From Candidatus Altimarinota bacterium (GTDB taxonomy: Bacteria > Patescibacteriota > Gracilibacteria > BD1-5 > UBA2023), in contig JAYUQR010000056.1 of assembly GCA_043756665.1 (NCBI GenBank), positions 1 to 35,999 of the forward strand: 35,999 bases of DNA. The letters run 5' to 3'. The notes under the pieces are model-generated. The model searched no databases. It saw nothing but the letters and a program-made list of their open reading frames with translations, and was not told where the DNA came from. Both the position numbers and the translations under genes were made by a program. Of this stretch, positions 28,255-35,999 are shown one piece after another. Numbering within the stretch: the stretch's first letter is position 1; every line of letters begins with the position of its first letter.

Positions 28255-30120
28255 ATGCGCAACAAACGCTTTCAAAGTAATACCGGAAATCCTCCGAGTA
28301 AATCAGGATCCCCTCGAAGTTTTTTCGACTGAGGAAAAAAAATTCAAAGCAATCTCCGTCCTGGGGATGCATTTCTCTATGAGGATTCATTTAAGCCAAA
28401 ACGATCCTACCCATTTCTCACACCGACTCAGGCACTCAAGAAATACCTCTGAGAAAAAGAAGAGCGTACCAAGCCACTGGGTAAAGAAACCCTCCGTGTC
28501 ATACCATTCGGTGGTATGGAACAAGTCGGACTCAACTGTATGGGATTCGAGTATGAGGATGAGATGATCATCGTCGATATGGGGATCCAGTTTCCCGATC
28601 AGTACCAGTTCGGTATCAACTCCTCCATCCCCGACCTCTCCTACTGTCGTGGAAAGAAAGTGGTATGAGCCTGTATCACCCACGGACATATCGATCATAT
28701 CGGATGAGTCTATTACCTCATGGAACAGCTCGGGCGGAGTACTCCACTCTATGCCACTCCTATGGCATATGAACTCATCAAGCTCAAGCAAGCAGATATG
28801 GGTGCTACTCTCCCGAATATCCGCGAATATACTCGCTATGAGCCGATCCAGATCGGGAAATATTTCCAGATCACACCGTTTGTGGTCGATCACTCGATCC
28901 CTGACTCAGTCGGACTCCTCATCGAGACTCCGGTTGGGAGATTTGTCCATACGGGTGACTGGAAATTCGATAAGTCTCCACTTCCGAACCGCCCATCCAC
29001 GAACTATGAGTACCTCGAGACCCTCGGAAAACGTGGGGTTCGTGCCCTCTTTTCTGACTCAACCAATGCACATCTCCTCGGTTCCTCTATCTCTGAATCT
29101 GCCGTCGTCCACTCGATGGAGGATATCTTCGAGAAGGCATCAGGACGCGTGATCACGGCAACTTTCTCCTCGATCATCGATCGTGTCATGCTCATCATCT
29201 CGACCGCTGAGAAATACAACCGAAAAATCGTCCTCCTCGGTCGATCGATGAATAACTATATCGATATCGCGATCAAGCTCGGCTATGTCCGACCAAAACC
29301 TGGAACGATCATCACCATGGAAGATGCAGCGAGACTCCCTGATAACCAAGTCACTATCTGTTGTACTGGAGCACAAGGAGAACGTTATGCAGCGCTGATG
29401 CGTATCGTCACGGGTGAGTCTCGAGACACCACACTGAAGGCCGATGATACGATCATATTCTCATCGTCAGTGATCCCTGGGAATGAGCGCGCAGTGCAGT
29501 GACTCTTCGACCTTATCACTCAGCAGTGACCGAAGATCCACCACTACAAGGAGTCAGAGATCCATGCTGGATGACATGCGAAGGAAGAGGATACCAAAAA
29601 AATGATCACCCTCATCCAGCCTGAGTACTATATTCCTATCTATGGATATACCCATATGCTCCGTGGAAATACACGAAATGCCTATGATCTCGGATATGCG
29701 AAAGATAAGGTTATCGTGATGAAAAATGGAAAAATCCTCGAGTTTACGAAAGATGAAGTGCGAGAAACGGATGAATATGTTTCGAAGAAGCTCATGACTG
29801 TCGATGGACGGATGGTTGGGTATACGGCAGAACGAGAACTCCATGATCGATTCCAGATCTCATCTCAGTGAGTCCTCGTTATCGGTATCGTGAAGAAAAA
29901 TGCCGGTTTCGCCATCAAGTATCAGACGGTCGGACTCCCGAGTGTTGATAAGGTACCGACACTTGAAAAATCTCTCGAAATGAGTATAAAGGATATACTC
30001 CGTGATCTCTCGAAGTTCAAGGATGCAGAATCATTCGTCACTCACGTCGAACGCAAAGCGTGCGATATCTGTCTCTATGAGATCGGGAAAGAACCGAAGG
30101 TAGTCGTGATAGTACAGTAA
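28255..30120 (+). CDS. rnj: Ribonuclease J
   Basis: Frame 1 joins track ORFs 28720-29502, 29602-29871 and 29890-30120 plus the N-terminal part. LRVIPFGGMEQVGLNCMGFEY..MIIVDMGIQFP; ITHGHIDHIG(G); HSIPDS; HTGDWKFD; LFSDSTNA; TFSSIIDR; GAQGE; SVIPGNE; IHAG(G)HA; PIYGYTHM. 621 aa including a basic ~80-aa N-terminal extension. Confidence 0.9.
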
Positions 30121-30131
30121 TCCATCTTCTT

Positions 30132-30302
30132 ATGCAATCTGGATACTCAAACGATCTTGAATTGGGGAAATTGATGAAAATGGCAGAAGAAGTCATGCAA
30201 TGATTACAAATACAAGATCTTTCTAGATGAGTGAGACAACAATATGTAGAAGTTTTTCATTCAAGTGATCCATATGCTCCTGGATCGCCGTTCAATCTGT
30301 AA
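30132..30302 (+). CDS. Small protein (56 aa), hypothetical, co-transcribed with rnj
   Basis: ATG 30132 lies 11 nt after the rnj stop. Two in-frame UGA. TAA 30300-30302 is followed directly by a strong terminator. Confidence 0.4.
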
Positions 30303-30307
30303 TGCCG

Positions 30308-30338
30308 AAAAATCCCACAAATTGTGGGATTTTTTCTT
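30308..30338 (+). terminator. Rho-independent terminator
   Basis: aatcccaca (30311-30319) / tgtgggatt (30323-30331) followed by a T-run. Confidence 0.8.
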
Positions 30339-30379
30339 TTCTTTCTCATCGCTCGTGAAGCGAGAATGACAAGTTGGTA

Positions 30380-30550
30380 TTAATGATGATCATGTCATCC
30401 ACCGCCACCTCACTTCAGCGCTTCCTTCATCGGCCCTGCACCGCTCGCGAGTCCGAAAAAACTCCCGATCATCGATGTGATACCGAGATCTATACTGGAT
30501 CCTCCTGATTTTTTCCCACTATCACTGTGGTCGTCGTGTCCTCCTGACAT
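30380..30550 (-). CDS. Small Gly/His/Ser-rich protein (56 aa), hypothetical
   Basis: ATG 30550: MSGGHDDHSDSGKKSGGSSIDLGITSMIGSFFGLASGAGPMKEALK(G)GGGG(G)HDHH. TAA is the complement of 30380-30382. Confidence 0.35.
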
Positions 30551-30649
30551 ATGTGTAGAAATTAAGAAATAACTTGAGTATTCTATACTATTTATTTTCT
30601 CCTGTCAATGTCGACTTTTCTTTTTCCTCGAAAAGTGGAGTACTAAAAT

Positions 30650-30677
30650 TTGCAATTTCTCTCGTTTTTTCTATAAT
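30650..30677 (+). promoter_or_regulatory. Sigma70-like promoter for tRNA-Ser(GCU)
   Basis: TTGCAA (30650-30655), 16-nt spacer, TATAAT (30672-30677), 10 nt upstream of the tRNA 5' end. Confidence 0.55.
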
Positions 30678-30687
30678 CCGCGAGCAC

Positions 30688-30780
30688 GGTGGGTTACTCA
30701 AGTGGCTGAAGAGGCGGGTTTGCTAAACCTGTAGGGTGCCGCAAGGTGCCGCGAGGGTTCGAATCCCTCATCCACCGCCA
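30688..30780 (+). tRNA. tRNA-Ser, anticodon GCU, CCA encoded
   Basis: GGTGGGT-TA-CTCAAGTGGCTGAAGAG-G-CGGGT-TTGCTAA-ACCTG-(long variable arm TAGGGTGCCGCAAGGTGCCGC)-GAGGG-TTCGAAT-CCCTC-ATCCACC-G-CCA. Confidence 0.9.
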
Positions 30781-30893
30781 TTGTTTCAATGTACAATTTA
30801 CAAATAATAAATTACAATTTCCGGATTGTTCACTATACATTGTTCACTGTTCATTGTTTTTGGGGGTATAGCTCAGTGGTTAGAGCAGTCGGC

Positions 30894-31256
30894 TTAAGGA
30901 TTTTTTTCTAAATCAAGCTCAGGATAATGTTCTTCTGCATGACAATTATGACAAAGGAGTATGCAGGATCTTAACTCATTTTCAATACGTTCGAATGTTC
31001 TATTCGAAAGGGATCGAACATCGAGTTTGAATTCTTTTTTCTGAGGGTCAGTGTGATGAAATGATAATGCACCAAGATTCTTCTTGTATCTGCATCTCAT
31101 GCATCAACCTCAGAAACGCTCAATAAGTTCACGTTTTCTTTTGAATCCTCGAGCTTTCTGAGATGGGTAACTCTGATGTTTCTTGTTTTTGCAGATGATC
31201 GAACAGAATAATTTCTGTTTTCCTGAAAGGATATTTCAGCATATGATACATTTCAT
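30894..31256 (-). CDS. HNH homing endonuclease encoded antisense within the intron
   Basis: ATG 31256: MKCIIC(G)NILSGKQKLFCSIICKNKK (zinc ribbon)...(G)G(G)CMRCRYKK...LSFHHTDPQKKEFKLD...ENELRSCILLCHNCHAEEH (HNH motif). 120 aa, three in-frame UGA. The TAA stop (complement of 30894-30896) abuts the 5' splice site. Confidence 0.8.
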
Positions 31257-31487
31257 AACTGAAAATATAGTAAGATATGAAAAATTTGCAAGGGCGGTTA
31301 TGAGAGTAATCTCATAATGTTTATCTGTCAAATTCGGGGAAACCTTCATCTCAATCGAGATATGGCAATCCCGAGCCAAGCCTGTAATAAGGAAGGTGTA
31401 GAGACTAGATGGCAGACATCCTGAAAAGGATGAAGGGATAGTCCAGACTCCAAACTCGAAAGGGGTAGTGAAAACTATAGCAGTACG
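30895..31487 (+). mobile_element. Group I intron (IC3-like, Azoarcus/cyanobacterial tRNA-intron type) in the anticodon loop, 593 nt
   Basis: The 5' exon ends in U and the intron ends in G (31487). The core at 31320-31487 contains gtcaaattcggggaaacc, tatggcaatcccgagccaagcc and gaaggtgtagagactagatggca. As I recall them, these match the conserved J3/4-P4, P6 and J6/7-P7 segments of the Azoarcus tRNA-Ile intron. P2-like hairpin ttatgaga-gtaa-tctcataa and P8-like hairpin atcct-gaaa-aggat. I could not identify P1/IGS. Confidence 0.75.
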
Positions 31488-33141
31488 CATAACCGATTGG
31501 TCCCTGGTTCAAGTCCAGGTACCCCCACCATAATGTAAATCATTCAGTAAGAGCATCAGTTTTAATGTAACTGATGCTCTTTTCTGTTAGTTCCAACGTA
31601 AAAATATACCCATGTTGTAATTTATTGAACTCTATAAACGGCAAAAACCAATCATGAAGATTGGCTTGCAGTTTCTGATCCATTAATATCCAGTTCCAAC
31701 CAAGAGAACGAAAAATCATTTTCTTGGTTTCTAGATCTCAATCTCTGAATCTTTCGGAAGCATATTTTGAGAAATTGATAGTATCTATGATGAGTTCAGT
31801 CCAGTCTATATTTTCTTTTTCTATCTCAGTTTTTCGTATTTGTAGTAATTCTATTTCTTTTTCTAGCTCTAGCCTCATTCTATCATATTCTTTATAGTTA
31901 CTCTCGAACTCTCAAGCGAGCCTCATGTGTAAGAGTCTCGTTTTTTTCTTTTCAGCAGATTCAAGAGTATTTGTAATGTTTGTTTTTATACTTTCCCTGC
32001 CAGTAGATTCCTCACTATATTTTCGCTTGAGTACTTCTTTTGACCAGTTGAAGAACTCTGGAATGATTTCAATCTCACTTAGAATTTCTTCTATTTGTTT
32101 TTCAACTCATTCGTTTGAGACAACTTTCCTTTGATCGCAATGAAATTCAGTTGTATTTTTTTTGTGTGTGCAGTGGTAATATGTGTATTCTTTCTCTTTT
32201 CCAGTAGAACGTATGTTCTTGTACTTCTTGACTGCTGTAACCATACAACCACAGCATCAGCAACGAATATTCCCAGTATAGGGGAATGTTAATATAGAAG
32301 GCCTTTCTCTATATACCTTATTTGGAGATCCACTTGTATGAGAGATGAGCTTTTGAGCTTTCTCGAATTCTTCCCATGTAATCATAGGCTCGTGAGATCA
32401 CTTGATTGTATTTTTATTATACTTCATGTATCCTGTATAGAAAGGATTCCTGAACATTGCATATAGTGTAGATATTGCGAGTTCTCTACGAGCCTTATAT
32501 TTTACATTTACTGTGGAGTATCACCACTCCGTATTGGCAGTATGTGCTATCTGAGAAGGAGCATAACATCATGTGAGTAGCATATCCCACATCTTTCTTA
32601 CCAACTGGAACTTTTCTGGATCAGAAGCAATAGTTCTTGTAATAGGGTCATTAATATAGCCTTGAGGCGCCTTTGCAGGAAAGTGACCTTTCTCAATCTT
32701 ACTTTTGAGTCATCTTCTTACATTTTTAGAGAGATCAAGAATATACTGATTTGCCATACCTGTTTCAACGCTGAAGATGAGTCATGAATCTTCGGGATGA
32801 TACACTCTATCGCTTGTTATAATTCGCTTTATTTTGTGCCTCTGAAGCATATATTGAACACTTCCTGCATCTACTGGGTTACGAGTAAGTCTATCAAGCT
32901 TCCAACAGAGAATACCATCAATGCTTCATTCTTCTATTTCAGCACACATTTCATAGAATGCTTTCCTTACTCACGGAGCCTTTGCTGATTTTTCTTCAGT
33001 GTAGATTTTCACAATTTCTATGCCATCTTCGACTGCTTTCCTTTTCCAGTATGTAATCTGGTCATCAATTGACTGAACTTGTCTATCTTCTCTTTCAGAA
33101 GACTTCCGTGCATAAAGCACAAATCGGGTAGCTTTTTCCAT
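31405..33141 (-). CDS. Large serine recombinase (resolvase domain, recombinase domain, zinc ribbon, coiled coil)
   Basis: ATG 33141: MEKATRFVLYARKSSEREDRQVQSIDDQ (catalytic Ser region)...IDGILCWKLDRLTRN...GHFPAKAPQGY...AMFRNPFYTGYM...GNIRC(G)CCGCMV...YYHCTHKK...FHC, then a coiled coil. I verified every codon. There are 11 internal UGA codons. A 12th UGA at 31540-31542 is the only stop-like codon before the tRNA. The first in-frame TAA/TAG is TAG 31405-31407, so the code-25 ORF is 578 aa, or 533 aa if it ends at that UGA. Confidence 0.8.
31549..31584 (+). terminator. Rho-independent terminator of the split tRNA
   Basis: aagagcatcagtt (31549-31561) / aactgatgctctt (31569-31581) form a 13-bp perfect stem, followed by tttt. 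Confidence 0.65.
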
Positions 33142-33201
33142 AATAAAATTGTTAAGTAATGTAAAGTAATATATAAGGTACTATTGATAAGTACATAATA
33201 T

Positions 33202-35340
33202 TTATGTAAGTCAAACATCAGCTATCGGGCTTATATGCATATTTCTTCAAATATTTTCTATAGTGATGAGTCCAGCATTAGCGAGAGTTGGCTCTATTTC
33301 TTGTCTCCAAAGAGCATCCGACATTGGTCTACCATAAACTTCACTATGTTTTTGTATAATTTTCTTGCGGGTGACTCATATTGCATCCTCTGGTCAGAAA
33401 TAATCTTCCCTTTGCTTGTTGTACTCTATGTAGGCAGGAACAAGTATCTCCATATACAATCGCATTGTATATGGAGATACATTGAACTTTTGACCAGGAG
33501 AGATCTTCTGCCATAGGCTCCATGCTTCCTCAATATCGGTATCTTCGGCATATAAAGTTGCTCATGTTCTTTTTCGATGAGGGAGATTAAGGAGAGCGAA
33601 AGCTCTAATGAATCACATGAATCGGTCTATGTCTCGTTGGTCCCGAGGTATACAGCCCTGTTTTCATTTTCACTCCAGAAAGAATCGATCTACTTTCTCA
33701 GGATCGAGAAAGTCTATATCGTCTATATTGGCATCTTTTATATGCTGAATTCTTTCTTTGAGAATATTTCTTTCAGGATCATTTATAATTGATTCTTTTA
33801 GCTTTTTATCTGCACCACTAAGTCTAATTTTATGCTGGACAGTATCATAGATCTTCTCGCTATGAGTTTCGGGAGAGATAAGTAGAAAACGAGTTGCTTC
33901 TTGTTCATCGAGTTGTGTCGATGCTGTACAGAATACAGCTACAGGATATCCATAAATAATAATGTTTTTTGTTTGGTTTCATCATTGACCACTTTTATCT
34001 GTTATTTTACAGGTCAGAATTGGTTTATCATGTGAGAGAAGAGGCCTTAATTTTCAAAGAAGTTCTGTTCTAGGCTGATCAATAAATATGATAATTTTTC
34101 TATCGAGATGTATGTGTTTCTCATTTTTCTCTTTATCATACTCTCCATTTTCATGGAAGAACGCACTTTGAGATACATAAAGTAATTCCATAAGACTATC
34201 TTTTGGGAAAAGTTGAGCTATCTGTAAGGGTATGTATGATTTACCAGATGAAGACGGAGCATTTAGCATTATATTTATCTGTGAGTCCCTCGTAAATGCT
34301 GTAAGCATAGCCAGAAATACGATTAATTTATTCGTGTCATCATGTTTAATAGTAAGTGAAAGTATTCTTATAATGTCTACACTCGTCATCGGAGCAAATT
34401 TTGATGAATCTGTACCCCGTATGAGCTCACTATATAAAGTCATCATTTCATCGCTAGTTCCACCATTTTTTATAAAGTCAGACACATCTTTCCCCATTTC
34501 TAGTGGAAGTGAGATTCTATATATCTCTTTTTCAGGAAAACGAGCAATAAGTCGGTCAATAAGTCTAGTGGCTCATTTATTTCAGGCATCATCATTATCA
34601 AAACAGATATATATTTTAGAGAGCGATGCAAGACTCTCTAACCATTCTTCTTTGAATGTTCCTACTCATCCCGTAGAGCTTATTCACATAAGTCCCTCCC
34701 GAGAAAGTATCATCTGATCGAATTCTCACTCGCAGATCACTATATAATCATCATTATTTTGCATGTTTTCTCATCCATAGAGCATCGTTTCGTTTCAAGA
34801 TGGGTAAAATATATACTTATTTCCTTCCGATCAGTAGGGGTCACGTCTGAGCTTAAAAAATTGAAATACTCATTTTATATCTCGAATTGGTATTGTTATC
34901 CAGTTTGATCCATAGAAAGAGCCATATCCGATTTGCCTTTCTTTTATGAGTTCTTCCGTAATACCTCGTTCATTCAAGTATTCACGGATGTTTGGTGGTA
35001 ATGACTTCTGATACTTTGAGATATCCTTTTCTGTTAGAGTTATCTTCTTTTTTTGGACTTCTGGATTTCTTGGACTCTTCGGATTTGTGTATCATTCAAG
35101 TGGATATTCTCAAGGATCATCTCAAAAATGTTTGAGAAGCGTGATCCAGTTTCATTGTGCGAGACATTTTTTGCACTGGTAGAGTCCTGTAGACTCTTCG
35201 ATATAAAGATGAGCTTCCTTGCCTCGACTGTCTTTGTCGCATTCATTGAATACGCAATGTGCTGCAATTTCTTTGCCAGTCTTATAGTGAAAGATTCATT
35301 TTTTATCCAAATAAGTGGGGATCGTTGTAGTAGGTAACAT
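33202..35340 (-). CDS. Primase-helicase: CHC2 zinc finger, TOPRIM primase and P-loop NTPase fusion
   Basis: ATG 35340, TAA 33202-33204, 712 aa, every codon checked, 25 in-frame UGA. Zinc finger AAHCVFNECDKDS...LYQCKKCLAQ(G)NW. TOPRIM IVICE(G)EFDQMIL...YICFDNDDA(G)NK(G)A, with UGA on the invariant Gly of EGxxD and DxDxAG. Walker A MLNAPSSSGKSY and Walker B-like KIIIFIDQP. Contains track ORF 34054-34497. Track ORFs 35040-35267 and 35053-35337 are out-of-frame or antisense shadows. Confidence 0.85.
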
Positions 35341-35357
35341 AAAAGTAGTAATTAAAT

Positions 35358-35498
35358 TTATAAAATGGAACGAGAGACAGTTTCCATCAGTAGAATGAGT
35401 TTAACGGCTTGTTCATGAGCATCTTCAGTACTGATTTCGACTTGAAATAAGCTCTTGTAAATGCTTTGATATTCGCGGATGTCTTGCTCGGTTAACAT
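35358..35498 (-). CDS. Small protein (46 aa), hypothetical, upstream of the primase-helicase
   Basis: ATG 35498: MLTEQDIREYQSIYKSLFQVEISTEDAHEQAVKLILLMETVSRSIL. TAA is the complement of 35358-35360. Same strand as the primase gene and 17 nt upstream of it. Confidence 0.35.
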   Translation of the reverse strand: MLTEQDIREYQSIYKSLFQVEISTEDAHEQAVKLILLMETVSRSIL

Positions 35499-35514
35499 AC
35501 TAGTAGAAACAAAA

Positions 35515-35551
35515 ATAGGTACCAACAACTTAGCTAAGTGTTGATACCTAT
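35515..35551. repeat. 37-nt imperfect palindrome (operator / recombination-site candidate)
   Basis: The arm ataggtaccaac (35515-35526) pairs with gttgatacctat (35540-35551) with one mismatch. Between them is the perfect 12-nt palindrome acttagctaagt (35528-35539). The element lies 17 nt upstream of the small ORF start. Confidence 0.6.
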
Positions 35552-35625
35552 TATATTCTGTCTTGGTTTTTACGACACCTCCCGAATGACTCCTTTTTGT
35601 CGCTAAATTATCGCTATTGATGTTT

Positions 35626-35647
35626 TATATATCCAATATATATCCAA
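35626..35647 (+). repeat. Exact 11-nt tandem direct repeat tatatatccaa x2 (iteron-like)
   Basis: Copies at 35626-35636 and 35637-35647, followed by ccaa-ctcatc-ttgg and an A/T tract. Confidence 0.6.
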
Positions 35648-35999
35648 CTCATCTTGGTTTGATATATTTTTTTATTTCTGGGTTTAGTTTATTCCGTATT
35701 TTCTGACAATATCTTCAAGAAGTCTCATTAGACCTTCATTTTGATATATATGTTTTGATATTCTCATAGTCGCATATCACTCATCTATTTTCATATAAAA
35801 TCTTCAAGAGCCTATACTGAGTGGTTGCTATTGATAAAGCATCCTCAATCACAATTCAATCAAAATAAATTTTTCATCAAAGGGTATCAAAAAAGAATCA
35901 TGATGGTATTCGAGGTGTTGTCCGAATAGAATCTTCTTTTTTCTCATTTCGGTTGAGTTTATTTTTCTCTTCAAGAAGACTTCAAATAGATGATTCGGT

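Larger units (their letters stand above)
30862..31530 (+). tRNA. Split tRNA with anticodon CAU (probably lysidine-type tRNA-Ile2); exons 30862-30894 and 31488-31530, CCA encoded
   Basis: Exon 1 is GGGGGTA-TA-GCTC-AGTGGTTA-GAGC-A-GTCGG-CT. Exon 2 is CATAA-CCGAT-TGGTC-CCTGG-TTCAAGT-CCAGG-TACCCCC-A-CCA. Joined, they give a perfect cloverleaf with the loop CU-CAU-AA. G1:C72 excludes an initiator. Ile2 versus elongator Met cannot be settled from sequence. Confidence 0.8.
31531..35999. mobile_element. Integrated element next to the tRNA 3' end (partial; the right end is outside the window)
   Basis: Begins right after a tRNA gene. All its genes are on the minus strand: large serine recombinase, primase-helicase and a small ORF, followed by an AT-rich non-coding stretch with a palindrome and direct repeats. 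No housekeeping genes. The exact left junction was not determined. Confidence 0.55.

Noticed and set aside
31236-31490. 84-aa ORF extending the HNH gene upstream to 31490
   Set aside because: That stretch is the conserved group I intron core (P3-P9) read antisense. The zinc-ribbon N-terminus begins at the internal ATG 31256.
1-35999. Widespread gene fragmentation in the ORF track, suggesting a pseudogene-rich, decaying genome
   Set aside because: All interruptions are TGA; none are TAA/TAG or frameshifts. The fragments stay in one frame, TGA aligns with conserved Gly, and a tRNA(UCA) is present. This is recoding, not decay.
35700-35999. Two ~35-38-codon minus-strand ORFs (MRKKKILFGQHLEYHH..., MKIDE(G)YATMRISKH...), possibly a toxin-antitoxin pair
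   Set aside because: They are too short, I recognise no family signature, and the window ends here. I cannot support a call.

Overview
AT-rich bacterial chromosomal window that reads coherently only with UGA = glycine (NCBI translation table 25, the Gracilibacteria / Absconditabacteria-SR1 code of CPR/Patescibacteria). The supplied standard-code ORF track is therefore fragmented. Reading through TGA joins the fragments into about 40 contiguous genes, all ending in TAA/TAG. A tRNA with anticodon UCA and glycine-type acceptor identity sits at 1692-1770. Left to right:
- two tiny Gly/Ser-rich ORFs, tRNA-Arg, a Lys-rich ORF, a four-helix-bundle (S23/IVS-like) protein
- tRNA-Gly(UCA) divergent from a bacterial Elp3
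- three type IV pilin paralogs, two of them a tandem duplication
- tRNA-Ser(UGA) followed by an odd GC-rich element that repeats the tRNA 3' end
- nucleotidyltransferase-like gene and ruvA; earP; two tRNA(CAU)
- an (Ala-Pro)14 lipoprotein and a 1396-aa ORFan with about 41 UGA codons
- a DUF4143-type AAA ATPase flanked by diverged copies of the yraN 3' end
- yraN, galU, queA; a TPR lipoprotein; sufS and a degenerate sufU-like gene
- a His-tailed membrane protein, a family-5 solute-binding protein, secG
- four tandem T4SS-pilin-like genes plus a secreted HExxH protein
- a catalytically degenerate RNase J-like paralog next to canonical rnj
- tRNA-Ser(GCU), and a tRNA(CAU) split by an Azoarcus-like group I intron carrying an antisense HNH endonuclease
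- directly after that tRNA, an integrated element (large serine recombinase, primase-helicase) running off the right edge

All coordinates were derived by hand translation and cross-checked against the frames of the ORF track. No database search was possible.
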